Shown: positions 15,764 to 30,039 of the stretch, one piece after another
How positions within the stretch are numbered: position 1 is the stretch's first letter
Layout: every line of letters begins with the position of its first letter
DNA from: Chrysomallon squamiferum
Taxonomy: Eukaryota > Animalia > Mollusca
Direction: 5' to 3'
Length of the DNA: 64,000 nt
Assembly (NCBI GenBank): GCA_012295275.1
Contig: CM022673.1
Location: 22,320,001 to 22,384,000, forward strand
Notes under the pieces: generated by a model
Told to the model about the DNA's origin: nothing
What the model saw: only the letters and a program-made list of their open reading frames with translations
The model's database searches: none
Translations under genes and position numbers: made by a program

Positions 15764-16092
15764 CATCATCATCATCATATTAAATTTAAAGTGTTTTCTT
15801 ATACTGTAAGGGATTTTATTTATTGCATTTGTATTTTTGTTATATTTTCATGATTTATATGCATGTTTGAAATAGTGATTCTTTATTAAATAAGAATAAC
15901 AATTAAATATTGTCGTTTTTATCTTTAAATGAAAATTTATATATATTTATTTTCAGATAATTATAAAAACTGTTTTTTCTTCTATGCTTTTTAAGAATAT
16001 TTTGTTGTTATTTTTATTTTATTTTATTTTATTCTATTTTTTTTTTTTGTTATTGTCTTTCTTGGTTGTTATTTTGTTTGTTTTGTTGTTGG

Positions 16093-16127
<35 letters not shown>

Positions 16128-16426
16128 TTTTGTTATTGTTGTGTTGTTGTTTTTTGGTTGGGGTGTTTGTTTTTTTGCTTATTGTTTTCCCCGCACTGTT
16201 AAGATAATTATAAGAGTAGTAAGCCTTTATTTTAAATCTTATTAATCTTTTATTATTTTTAATGTTTCAGAATTTAAATATTTCTTCTTTAAATTTACTT
16301 TTCTTATTATTTCACCACAGAATATACAATATAAGACGCAGTGCAGGTGATATTTGCTGACACGACAAAATATAAATGTAAATTAATGTGTTAAAACACA
16401 GAAGTCTCCAAAAGTATTCCCAGAAA

Positions 16427-16482
<56 letters not shown>

Positions 16483-16998
16483 TCTTAAATAAATTTCCAC
16501 TTTATTCTATACACAAAATGACCTGTTGGCAATATTTGATGTATCGATGTTAAATATAGAATACAAGATTACCAAAACCTCCAAAAAGGCGGAATTCGTA
16601 AAGATAATCATAGAAAAACAAAAACAAAATAGAAAAAATACCCCAAAACCTTAGAACGGTAAATCACAAAAGGATTACATGAACATTAAAAACAAATTTT
16701 AAAATTATCTAAACTTATTAAAAGAAGGCAATTTATAAACATTTGCTAAAAGGCAATTGTAAATTCTTACAAAAAGAATTGCATTTAAAAATAAAAATCT
16801 CTTGTAAAAATGTCTTTTCTGCAAAGAATTGAGATACTAAATTAAAAGAATTAATAATAATAATAATAATAATAATGATAATAATAATAATAATAATAAT
16901 AGTTGTAGTAGTAAAATTTAAAAAGAGAAAAATGCTTGAGAAACTCCATAACAACAACTATAATTAAAAAATGAAACAACAATATTAGTAAAAAGAAA

Positions 16999-17072
<74 letters not shown>

Positions 17073-17369
17073 TATGTATGTAATCTCTTTCAAAATTTAT
17101 TAATTACTCGGACAGACTGGTTTAATTTTACTCACAAAAAATAAAAAAATAAAAAAATACAAATTAATGAAAATACAAACAAATACTGTTAAAAGCAAAA
17201 CAGAATATAAAGTAGTCGGAAAATATGCACTTCACCTTTACCACGCTACCATGACAACGGAATAACACTGAAGAGAGTGCAAATGTACTCTGATCATGCA
17301 CCAAGATAGAAACAATCTCAAAGCAGAACATTTAATATTTTAAACGAAATAATAATTTAAGATCCATTT

Positions 17370-19920
17370 GCAGTGTGTAGTGTTATAGTGTTGTGTAGTG
17401 CAGTGTAATATAGAGCCATGTAGAGTGGTATAGTGTAATGTAGTGTAGTGCAGTCTGTTGTGATGAAAAGTAATGTACTGTAGTGTAGTCTATTATAATG
17501 TAATTTAATGTAGTGTAGTCTATTATAATAAAGTAATGTTGTGTATTGTAGTCTTTTGTAACATAATGTAGTGTTGCATAGTGTAGTGTAGTCTGTTGTT
17601 GTGTAATGTAATATAGTATAGAGTAGTCTTTTGTAATATAGTGTAGTGTAGTGTACTGTAGTGTAGTCTGTTGTTATGTAATGTAATGTAGTGTAGAATA
17701 GTTTTTTTTGTAATATAATGTAGTGTAGTGTAGTCTATGTAGTGTAGTGTAATCTATTGTTATGTAATGTAGTGTAGTGTAGTGTAGTGTAGTGTAATCT
17801 ATTGTTATGTAATGTAGTGTAGTGTAGTGTAGTGTAGTGTAGTGTAATCTATTGTTATGTAATGTAGTGTAGTGTAGTGTAATCTATTGTTATGTAATGT
17901 AGTGTAGTGTAGTGTAGTGTAGTGTAGTGTAGTGTAGTGTAGTGTAGTGTAGTGTAGTGTAATCTATTGTTATGTAATGTAGTGTAGTGTAGTGTAGTGT
18001 AGTGTAGTGTAGTGTAGTGTAGTGTAATCTATTGTTATGTAGTGTAGTGTAGTGTAATCTATTGTTATGTAATGTAGTGTAGTGTAGTGTAGTGTAGTGT
18101 AGTGTAGTGTAATCTATTGTTATGTAATGTAGTGTAGTGTAGTGTAGTGTAATCTATTGTTATGTAATGTAGTGTAGTGTAGTGTAGTGTAGTGTAATCT
18201 ATTGTTATGTAATGTAGTGTAGTGTAGTGTAGTGTAATCTATTGTTATGTAATATAGTGTAGTGTAGTGTAGTGTAATCTATTGTTATGTAATGTAGTGT
18301 AGTGTAGTGTAGTGTAGTGTAATCTATTGTTATGTAATGTAGTGTAGTGTAGTGTAGTGTAGTGTAGTGTAGTGTAGTGTAATCTATTGTTATGTAATGT
18401 AGTGTAGTGTAGTGTAGTGTAGTGTAGTGTAGTGTAGTGTAATCTATTGTTATGTAATGTAGTGTAGTGTAGTGTAGTGTAGTGTAATCTATTGTTATGT
18501 AATGTAGTGTAGTGTAGTGTAGTGTAGTGTAATCTATTGTTATGTAATGTAGTGTAGTGTAGTGTAGTGTAGTGTAATCTATTGTTATGTAATGTAGTGT
18601 AGTGTAGTGTAGTGTAATCTATTGTTATGTAATATAGTGTAGTGTAGTGTAGTGTAATCTATTGTTATGTAATGTAGTGTAGTGTAGTGTAGTGTAGTGT
18701 AGTGTAGTGTAGTGTAGTGTAGTGTAGTGTAATGTATTGTTAGTGTAATCTATTGTTATGTGTAGTGTAGTGTAGTGTAGTGTAGTGTAGTGTAGTGTAA
18801 TCTATTGTTATGTAATGTAGTGTGTAGTGTAGTGTAGTGTAGTGTAATCTATTGTTATGTAATGTAGTGTAGTGTAGTGTAGTGTAGTGTAGTGTAATCT
18901 ATTGTTATGTAATGTAGTGTAATCTATTGTTATGTAATATAGTGTAGTGTAGTGTAGTGTAGTGTAGTGTAATCTATTGTTATGTAATGTAGTGTAGTGT
19001 AGTGTAGTGTAGTGTAGTGTAATCTATTGTAATGTATTGTTATGTAGTGTAGTGTAGTGTAGTGTAGTGTAGTGTAGTGTAGTGTAGTGTAGTGTAGTGT
19101 AGTGTAGTGTAGTGTAATCTATTGTTATGTAATGTAGTGTAGTGTAGTGTAGTGTAGTGTAGTGTAATCTATTGTTATGTAATGTAGTGTAGTGTAGTGT
19201 AGTGTAGTGTAATCTATTGTTATGTAATGTAGTGTAGTGTGGTGTAGTGTAATCTATTGTTATGTAATGTAGTGTAGTGTAGTGTAGTGTAGTGTAGTGT
19301 AGTGTAGTGTAATCTATTGTTATGTAATGTAGTGTAGTGTAGTGTAGTGTAGTGTAGTGTAGTGTAATCTATTGTTATGTAATGTAGTGTAGTGTAGTGT
19401 AGTGTAGTGTAATCTATTGTTATGTAATATAGTGTAGTGTAGTGTATGTAGTGTAGTGTAGTGTAGTGTAATCTATTGTTATGTAATGTAGTGTAGTGTA
19501 GTGTAGTGTAGTGTAATCTATTGTTATGTAATGTAGTGTAGTGTAGTGTAGTGTAGTGTAGTGTAGTGTAATCTATTGTTATGTAATGTAGTGTAGTGTA
19601 GTGTAGTGTAGTGTAGTGTAGTGTAGTGTAGTGTAGTGTAGTGTAGTGTAGTGTAATCTATTGTTATGTAATGTAGTGTAGTGTAGTGTAATCTATTGTT
19701 ATGTAATGTAGTGTAGTGTAATCTATTGTTATGTAATGTAGTGTAGTGTAGTGTAGTGCAGTCTTTTGTAACATAATGTAGTATAGTGTAATCTATTGAT
19801 ATGTAGTGTAGTGTAGTGTAATGCAGTCTTTTGTAACATAATGTGGTATAGTGTAGTTTAGTCTATTGTAATGCAATGTAGTGAAATGTAGTTTAGTGAA
19901 ATGTAGTCTAGTATAACAGC
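17370..19920. repeat. Higher-order pentamer satellite: (GTGTA)n runs separated by a fixed ATCTATTGTTATGTAAT cassette
   Basis: About 40 cassettes counted by eye in 17740-19800, degenerate flanks on both sides. Confidence 0.95.
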
Positions 19921-20623
19921 GTATTTTGTAGAGTTAGAAATAACTGATCTATAATGTACTGTCTGATTTGTATATATCATAATAGATTTACTGGGTACTA
20001 TCAAATGTATTGTTTGTTTAAGAGTATTAATTATATATAAAAGTTTATTAAAATTTGCTTGTCTTGGGAAATGATATGTGTCCATAACCAAATATTAATT
20101 ATAATGATTTCATTTAATTCTATTTCTGTTTATTCATTTCCCCGTTTCATTTTCATTTCCTTTTTGTTATTAGCCTATTCGTTTCGTTTTCTTCTTTTCT
20201 TTCTCTCTTAAAAGAAGAAGAAGAAGAAGAAGAAAGAAAGACATAGAGAAAAAACAACTTTTTCATCTTCTTCTTCCTCTTTTTTAACTTTTTAAAACTT
20301 GCGTGATCCGTAACTATAAACGCACTCCACCACGAAAACATGTTTGATAAATATCAAATTTTACTCAAGTCACGGAAATTCATGGATCATAGAAATGAAT
20401 AACCGTCTTATCAATATCTAGCCTGAGAAAATCAACAGATATGTGTTCTGCACTGTTAAGCAGAGAATTTATTTGAAATAGCGTCAACAAGATATCTTTT
20501 CTCAGGCTAGATTAACAGAACGCCGTCAGACAGAATGCCAAAGCCGTGACACAATTATTCCAGGGGTTGTCTCAAAACTGAAAATAGAAACAGTGAAAAA
20601 TGAATAACGGCGAGAAAATGTGT

Positions 20624-20659
<36 letters not shown>

Positions 20660-20796
20660 AATGAACAAGGAGAGAGAAAAGCAGATAAAGACGGCGAAGA
20701 AGAAAGAATAGATGTTTTAAAATAATAATTAGTATACATTTACAATAAATAAATAAATAAATAAATATTTCATTATTCTGATAAATTATCAAATTA

Positions 20797-20833
<37 letters not shown>

Positions 20834-21269
20834 CAAATATTGTTAATAATAATAATAATAATAATGCTCTTTGTTTTATTTATGTATTTTTATTCCAATT
20901 AATTTTCTGTTACGATGACTTTTTCAGTAAAACCAGTTTTAACATTTTAAACGTCTGTAATTGCATAAAAAGAAGAAAAAAAAAGAGAAAGGTTTTCGGT
21001 AATTTTAATTAATAAATTATTTATTTATCTATTTATCTTTTTAAAATAAAATATTAATAATGTCAGTTATATTTATACTATGTGTAACACTTTAATAGCT
21101 ACGCTCGCCATCTTTCTTTCACCGCTGTATTTATTGCTTAGAGAACTGAGTTATTTCTTGGTTTAAGTGACAAATCACATGACATTATCAAAATACAAAT
21201 AAGGAACACACACACACACACACTCACACACACACACACAACAAACACACACACATCTATACACATTCC

Positions 21270-21450
21270 CATATTTATGAACATGTACGTATACGTATAC
21301 GTACACATATTTATGAACATGTACATATACGTATACGTACACATATTTATGAACATGTACGTATACGTATACGTACACATATTTATGAACATGTACGTAT
21401 ACGTATACGTACACATATTTATGAACATGTACATATACGTATACATATTT
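21270..21450. repeat. 36-bp minisatellite x~5 with an internal 22-bp palindrome
   Basis: Unit catatttatgaaca-tgtacgtatacgtatacgtaca starting at 21270, 21306, 21342, 21378, 21414. Confidence 0.9.
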
Positions 21451-22065
21451 AGATATTTGCTGTCTTAAAATGATACAACAATTTCCTTTTGATTTTTACA
21501 TTTGTTGCTTTTATAAGTAATTAAAGTAACAACAGTAAAAATAAAAATTTATATATATAACTAAAAGGAAAAAAAAGCTTCAGCAAAACAACAACAAACA
21601 AACAGCAGAACTGAATGGCTGAATTTTAATCCTGGATATGAATTAAAATAAGAAAGATAATTCATAACTATAAAAGTATATAATGCAAATAAGCTGATAT
21701 GATTTTCATGTAATAAAATGTACCTATTATTATCTTATTAATAATAAATAAAATAACATATTCAGCATGTTGTTATGTTAGTAGAACAAATATTATTCAT
21801 GAAAAGAAAACATCTAAAATTCTAGTAATCCATTTTTGTGAATGAATGACGTCATATTCTGTGACTATCGATAGAATAACGAGTTATATTTACATTTGAT
21901 TGTATAAAAATATAAAGATTTAAATTACCATATAAATCTATAAATGTTTAAATTAAGTCAGTCTTGAAAGATGTTTCGAACATAAATCTAGCATATGTAA
22001 AAACAAAACTATTACTACTAGTACCACCACTAATACTAGTACTACTAATACTGCTAGTGCTATTT

Positions 22066-22095
22066 AATAACAATAACAACAATAACAACAATAAC

Positions 22096-22133
<38 letters not shown>

Positions 22134-22218
22134 GAAGAAGAAGAAGAAGAAGAAGAAGAAGAAGAAGAAGAAGAAGAAGAAAAAGAAGAAGAAGAAGAAG
22201 AAGAAGAAGAAGAAAAAA
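22066..22218. repeat. Compound trinucleotide microsatellite (AAC/AAT)n(AAG)n
   Basis: Directly visible; explains the poly-N/poly-K ORFs. Confidence 0.9.
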
Positions 22219-23277
22219 ACTATTCTTATTTTCATGACATTAAGACTGTAAAAATCACTTATTTAAATATTTCATTATATGTATACATACGTATGTACAT
22301 ACATACATACATGGTACACACACTACGAATTCTTTAAAACTTACTATTTCGCATAACATGTAGAATTAACCAATTATTTTAAAAATTTATTTTAATGACT
22401 GATATTGAAGTTTCGCTAATATTTGCTATTATCAGCATGTAAAACACTGAATACGTTCAAACTATTCTGTTTTAATATTATCATTACTGATTTGCATAAT
22501 AATAATACAGTCACACTACTATTACTACTACTAATAATAATCAGAAGAAGAATAAGAAGAATATTATTATTATTTTTTAATAATAAATAACTAACTAAAT
22601 AAATAAATAACTAGGCAAGATGAACATGCGTTTAATTAATGTTATATATTAAAAGTCACCCAGCTGACATAGGTAGCGTAGGCTCCTTCTGCTGAAATGT
22701 ATGTTTCGAAAATTGTTGAAAGAAATTGTAAGAATTAATGAAAAATGTTTTTCAGGCCGCGCAGGAAAAGTCTCTTTACCGAAATTATTTAAATATTTAA
22801 AACCTGTCTTTAACTTCAGATAAAAAAATGAAAATCAATAACAGTAATAATGTATTATTCGTTAAAGTTCCAAATTCATACCTATGAGAATCTTTGTATG
22901 TTTACTTCTTTATTATTACTGTTGTTGTTGCTGCTGTTGCTGTTAATTCATTATAAGTTGCAAACACACAGATGCAAAAACAAACAGATATATGCACAAA
23001 AAACATCAGTGTATAAATAGTTATAAGATTTATTATTATTAACAAATATCTATAAAACAAGATCAGAATCTTCATCTTTTACCTATGCTTTTTTATATAA
23101 CTGTAATTTGTCTGTCTTACGTTTGTTAGTCGATTTGTTAGAACGTCTGTTGTTGTTTTCTTTCTCTTTTTTGTTTTTGTTTCAAAAACAATTGCTAAAT
23201 CAGAATAACAATAAAAATAAGAACAGAAACACCAGTAACAACATCATCATCAATAACAACAAAAATAATAATAAAAG

Positions 23278-23350
<73 letters not shown>

Positions 23351-24399
23351 ATTGAAAGAAAGAAAGAAAGAATCTCTCGGAAAAACTAAGAAATGATGTC
23401 ATGAATATAATGCTGTAAATTAAACGTTTATTTATTTATTTATATTTTTTATTATAATATAAGTTGATACATATTTAAAAAAAAAATAAAAATTTAATTA
23501 ATACTGCTTTAAATTTATAAAAAAAAAAAAAAAAAAAATATTTTATAAATTAATTGAAATAGGTTTGCTCTGAGTAACGTATTTTAATTAAAACTGTCCT
23601 TGAATATCGTACGATAGATTAAAATATGCCTGAAATTCTTCAGTTATTCACTCAGCAATATCCGTATCTATCTGTTGTGTTCTGTCCACTTCAGAAAAAA
23701 GCTTGCACGTACAACACCAACAAATTTGTTCCATTGCTATGGTCACATAATTCGAATCCATGCGTTATATTCGTTTACTAATGTTTTCATATTGTTATTT
23801 ATTGTTTGTATCATGTCACGTGACAATACACATAACATAAAGACGCAGTAAACAGCATACTGTTATTTAATCTAGTAAAAACTGTAAATACAGTTTAAAT
23901 TGTAATCATATAGCATGTTTCTTAATAATAAAAAACGAAACCTTATTTAGAGATTAAGGAAGGGACTGACGAATATATTTCAAGAAGGAATGTTAAAAAT
24001 ATAAACTATAAAGCTTGCTGAAAAGGTTAGATACATTAATTCGTTGCAAAATATTTAAACTATTATTTTTTTAAATTTTATTTTATTATTAGTATTTATT
24101 TTTTTGTTTTAAATTTTCTCTCTCTCTTTCTTGTAAAAAAAAATATTATTTTGTAATTTAATTAAACTATATTTATTTATCTTATCGTAATAAACTTAAT
24201 ATTCACATAAAAATCTGTTAGTATAATTTACAATAACATATATAATTAAGTTCTTTTCAATATCAGTTTTAGAGCTTATAACAAAAATAATTATAGACAT
24301 ATTAAAATAATTATTTGATATTTCCACTGATTTGCACATTCTACTAATAACACGAATACTTAATCTTAAAAATCTTTTTATTCCAGATGGCCACAAATT

Positions 24400-25130
24400 T
24401 TCAGTGATGTTCCAGATGTGACCACGACGTCCACAAAAAGGTCAGTGTCCACGTCCCGCGGCCTTGCATTAAACCTAGCATTAATCAGTTAACTCTTCTG
24501 ACCATGCGCATTCTGTGCTCGTAAGCTAGACTTGCTTCAAATCCTCGCTAATTCGGCAATTATTTCGCTGGTTTTGTAATAATAATTTCGGGAAATAAAA
24601 TGTAATTTACTACCGTTCTCTGATAATTTAAAGCATAAAACAACGTCACTAAAATCTGGGGTCACGACTGTGCCTTAAAGGTCTAGGTCGATAATCGTAA
24701 TCAGTTTATTCCTATGTCATCAAGAAAACTGCCACCTTTGGAGCACGGAATTACTGGTGGAAATTACTCAAAGAGCATGCTTTATCTCTACGAGTTATAG
24801 TCCTTGAGATGAGCATGCCTTCAAGCGCGCGTGCAGTGCGTGCACTAGATACGACCCGGTTCCTGCTGCTTAAATCTTCTTAGATAACAGTAAACATGTT
24901 TCGTTTCATTCTGGCAGCACGCGAGTTTATTGACGTTCAGTGTGTAACGGATCATTTCTTTCCTGTAAAACAAACATAAACCACCACGCTTTTGATTGGT
25001 AAATGTTCCGTTACCATGGAAACCGATTTCCCCCAAGGAGACGTTAAGAAGACGGCCGTTATTTGAAGCATGCACTTTGAAAGCGGATAATTTGCTTACG
25101 GAGAAGTGAATCTTCGGCGTACTGGTCATG
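24400..25130. promoter_or_regulatory. CpG-rich island with an RFX X-box
   Basis: GTTACCATGGAAAC 25010-25023 next to an inverted CCAAT (gattgg ~24994); GC-rich gcgcgcgtgc. Confidence 0.4.
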
Positions 25131-25502
25131 TCTTGAGTTTTTAGATTACAGTTTCAAAGAAACAAAGAAAGCTAAGGAAATTAGTTTTATAATATCCTGT
25201 AGAATGCGGGTTCAAGACATGTTTGTAGAATGGTTTGCAGGATTATTATTAATGTTATACTTATTAATTAATTAAATTTAAAACAATAACAGCCGTAACG
25301 AAAACAGATAAAGATACAAATTTGACACACATATTTAATTATGTTTCACTTATTTTATCCTTAAAAATTTATCGAAGCTGTTAACAGTAATTTAAAGCAA
25401 ATTAAAATAGAATAAAAATCAAAAACAAAAAAACAAAAAAAAAAACAATTGATAAAATATCAGTTAATTAAAAATATATATTAATGAATTTTTGGTTTGT
25501 TT

Positions 25503-25540
<38 letters not shown>

Positions 25541-26173
25541 AATAATAATAATAATAATAATAATCTCGTTATGGTAGTAACAGAACTAAATATTCGTTAT
25601 TGATTTATTTGATTTATTATTTATATAGTTGTTTTTTTTTTTTTGTTTTTTTTTCATTCTCAAAAATATAAATGAATTAACAACTGCGTTAAATAACTAA
25701 ATAAACACAGGAAATGAATTATTGTGAAGCTAATCAGCTTGTACTCTGGGTGTTGTTTCATCGCAGGAAAGGGTAAGATGTCTGTGCTGTTTTATAGATG
25801 GTAAAAAATTATATCGGAGATGTCTAATATAACATGAATAGTTTGAGACAGGTCCTATTATTTAATTTAGTTTGCGTTTTCATTATACAATATATGCATG
25901 CATGTATGTACATTTGTATGTATGTATGTTTTGTCCAGAAAATACTGTTAATTGAATGAATATACGTATGAAGTGAGGTTAGAGAAGAGTAAATTTAAGA
26001 CGTATTTTAATATGTTTCTCACAAAGTCTCATTTTCCAACATCACTCGACTAAACGAATTTAAATGTCCAGAATCACAACACAACACGTTTGTTTTCCTT
26101 ACTGGTTTCACCCGCGCATTCGTTTGCACAGCAGTCAATGCCTATGCTTCTACATATTTAATTTTTTCTTGTT

Positions 26174-26240
<67 letters not shown>

Positions 26241-27947
26241 GTTTATAAATGATTTTTTTGTTTGTCTTTTATTTTTTTATAATTTTTATTATTAAGAGTT
26301 GTGCAAGGAAGTAGAATTTTAAAAATAATAACTATAATAACTGAAAAAAAAAAAAAAATCTTTCCGAGCAGAATAAAAAGTAAAATGAACTGAAAATAAA
26401 AAAATAAAAAAAAACAGTGGTAAAAAAAATTCAAGAATGAAAAACACATTAAATACGAAACTATTAATCATTTTATAATGCTTTTTAACTAATGTCAGAA
26501 GAGAAAAATTCGATATACCTCAAAGCCGAAGCGAATAACTGGGCAATTTAGGCTCTGTTACTTGAAATAAATTAATAATAAAAAGAGCACACGAGATCAA
26601 AGCGGATAACTTGCCAACTCTACCGCCCAGTGTGTTCTATTCACTGAAAACTCAGAATAGCATTACACTGCACGTTATTTTTCAAGAAAATAAACAATCG
26701 ACATGAAGTTGTTCACAACCAAAGCTCTGGGCTACATATGAAAGTTTTGTTTAGTTTTCTGTTTTAAATACATTATACCATGTTACAGATTTATGTAAGA
26801 AACATCTTTTTAAATAATAATCTCTCCTCCGTCGGTCTGCCTGACCCTCTTTCAGAAAATCAAAGAACGGACAGATGGATGGTTGTACAGATATTAATTT
26901 ATATTTAAATCAGAATTATACAATAAGAATCTTCAAATTCTGACAGTCTTTCAGTTTCGATATCCATTATTATTATTAACATTTGTATAAAGAGGCTTAA
27001 CAGGTCTTATGCTTAAAGCTAATAAACTAACCCCAAAATACCATTTTCTTTGTCAAAACAGGTCATAATATTCTTTTTTCTTCTTAAATTTTCCTTTTAA
27101 CTGATAAACTATTACCAAAATATCATTACATTATATAAAAATATTAATAACTTTTATTTTTTTTATTTTTTTATTTGTTTATAATATTTCCAACAGAGCT
27201 TACTTCCTTAAATAACATTAATTATTATGTAAAACGTCACTTAATTAATTATATATTATAAGATATACTCGTTATAAAAAGTACCAGTATGTAGATTGAG
27301 CTGTTTCGTGATCTGAAATAAAACATTTTATTCAAATACAGTTAATTAAAAATTAGAGAGAGAGAGATTTAGAAAAAAAAAAACCAACACAAAAGGTGAT
27401 TAATTACGAAAAGAAAATAAAGAAGTTAAAGGAAAAATAAGTTATTGTTAATAAAAACTAATTAAAAATCTAATTAAAGAAAAAGAAATCCATTTAAAAT
27501 TAAATTGTAGTAGTACTAATAGTAGTAGAAATAGTAGTAATTGTGATAGTAGTAGTAATTAACGTTGTTGTGACAGCTCGATAATGTTGTAATAGTTGTT
27601 GTAGAAGAAGTAGAAGAACGGGCGATCAAATCTTAGGAAATTAATGAAAATAATAAAGAGTTAAATAAATATATTTCTTAATGCGGAAATTTCTACTATT
27701 ATTACTATTATAACTAAATAATAATAATAATAATAATAATAATGACGACGACGACATATATTAAAATGGTTACTCAATCTGAAGGATAGTGGGTAACTGT
27801 ATACAATTTATGTTTTAGTTTCCTGTTATTTATCTTTTTTATTTTAATTTTATTATTATTATTTTTTTATTTTACATATTTTTCTATTTTCTATATATCT
27901 TTTTTTTCTCTTTATATTGTTCTTTTTCTTCTTCTTTTACGATTATT

Positions 27948-27978
<31 letters not shown>

Positions 27979-28389
27979 TTATTATTATTATTTTAAAAAG
28001 TTTTGCGAAAAACATACAGAATTTGTGATTTTCTATTACACTTTATTATATTTTAGCTTGCTTGCTTTTCTTTTTCACTTTTTTTTCAATTATTTAAATT
28101 TCAACTTTTCATTCTCTTCTTAATAAGTTTTTTAGATCCATTTACGTGCTTAATTAATTATTAATTATTTATAAAATGTTCACTTCTTTCAACAGTAACT
28201 ATAAAATGAATGTTGTTAATTAAAACAATTTTAAATGACAATTACGTTTACTTTCACCATCATCAATTTCATAATCATCAATATTATTTAAAGTATGTTT
28301 TGTTTAACAGTATGTGTAAAAGTTTCAGTTTCTCTGATTACAATTCTTAATTATTTCTAATATTACTACGAACAAGTACTCCATCTTAC

Positions 28390-28423
<34 letters not shown>

Positions 28424-28498
28424 ACAGGGGCTGAATGTGTATTGGGAAAGATTTGATTTTTATATTTTTCTAGTTTCTCTCTCTCATCGTGTTAACTT

Positions 28499-28603
<105 letters not shown>

Positions 28604-29981
28604 GTGTTAAACAGCTATTATTTATTTTCTTTGTCCTTACTTTTCCTGTTTCGTTTTTATTACTTTGTTCCTTTATTTTTTTTGTTCCATTCTTTATTTG
28701 TAACATCTTTCTTCGTTATTCTTCGTTTCATTCTTCTTTTCTTTTTTCTTTTTATCTTTCATTGTTCTTAGCTTCTCATAATTTATTTTTCTATTTTTTT
28801 CTACACAGAACTCGTTTCGTTTCATTCCTTTCTCTTTTATTTTTATTCCTTCTTTACTGATCGTTTAAAAATAAGTTTTTTAGTCTAAATAACATTTATT
28901 TTCTTTACTATTCTTTCTTTTCTACCTTACTTGTTTCATTCTTTCTTTCATTGTTTTTTTCTTTCCTTCTTTCCTTTTATTCATTCCCTCTTCAGATTTA
29001 TATATATGTGTGTGTGTGTGTGTGCGTGTGTATGCGAGTGTGTGTATGTGTGTGTGTGTCTGTGTTTTGTATTATATTGCATGTTTGTCTAAGGACACCC
29101 CAGTACAAATACACACACACACACACATAAATAATCATTATTTTTTTTTAATTCTTGTTTTTTTTTCATTTTTTTTTTTGATTCCTTATCATTTTTCATT
29201 CTTATAGTATTATTACTTTTCTTATTTTTTTTCGCTTTTTGTCTCCCCCCACCCTCATTTTCCTATTATCTAAAGCGGAGCGGACATGAAAACAACCGTT
29301 CACTCTGCACAGAGGACAGAGATAAATATTTGCGTTTTTTTTCGCACAGATGTATAAACATATATTGATATTTTATCTCACCGGACCGACAAACCGCAGG
29401 CCCGAACCACGTGAGTTTCGTAAATGAAACATATTATATTGTTTGGTTTCGAGTTTACTTCTTTCTGTAGTGCAGTTCAGATTACCAGGACAAATACAGT
29501 TTTCTTTGCTAAAGATGTTTTTTAAGTGTGCGACTCGCCCCTTAGAAAAGTAAAAAATCTGGGTGAATTAATTCGTAAAAATCGTAAGTTAATAAAGTTA
29601 ACACAGGTTTTATATTTTAAGAGTCAAAGTATTTATTTACATGTTGTTGTTTTTTTGTTTGTTTGTTTTTATATCTATAATTTAATATTTTATTTATTTA
29701 CTTACTTCCTGATTTCTTTATTTAATTCTCTGCATGCAACAAGATAAAGTAATAACATTTTATGATTTTTTTTTTAACCGATTTATTAATATTCTGGATT
29801 TATTATTATTTTTATTTATATATTTTTTATTTATTTTATATATATATATATTTTTTTTAATTTAATTTTAGTTAGTTAGTTATCTTTGCTATTGTTGTTG
29901 ATTTTTATTATAAGCCATGTTTGTTTTTAAAACTGTCAGGTCACAAATAATATTTTAATAATTTTAAGTCAATTCCCAATG

Positions 29982-30039
<58 letters not shown>

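Noticed and set aside
17740-19800. CRISPR-like array (constant repeat with variable spacers)
   Set aside because: The spacers are only (GTGTA)n runs, not unique sequences; eukaryotic context and no cas genes
21138-21468. Repetitive MCTYTYTYMFIN-type ORFs
   Set aside because: Translations of the 36-bp minisatellite
24655-24682. Possible Kolobok-like end (gactgtgcc|ttaa)
   Set aside because: No partner terminus found; too short to support
24845-25129. 94-aa minus-strand ORF in the CpG island
   Set aside because: No recognisable motif or consistent exon chain; better explained as regulatory DNA
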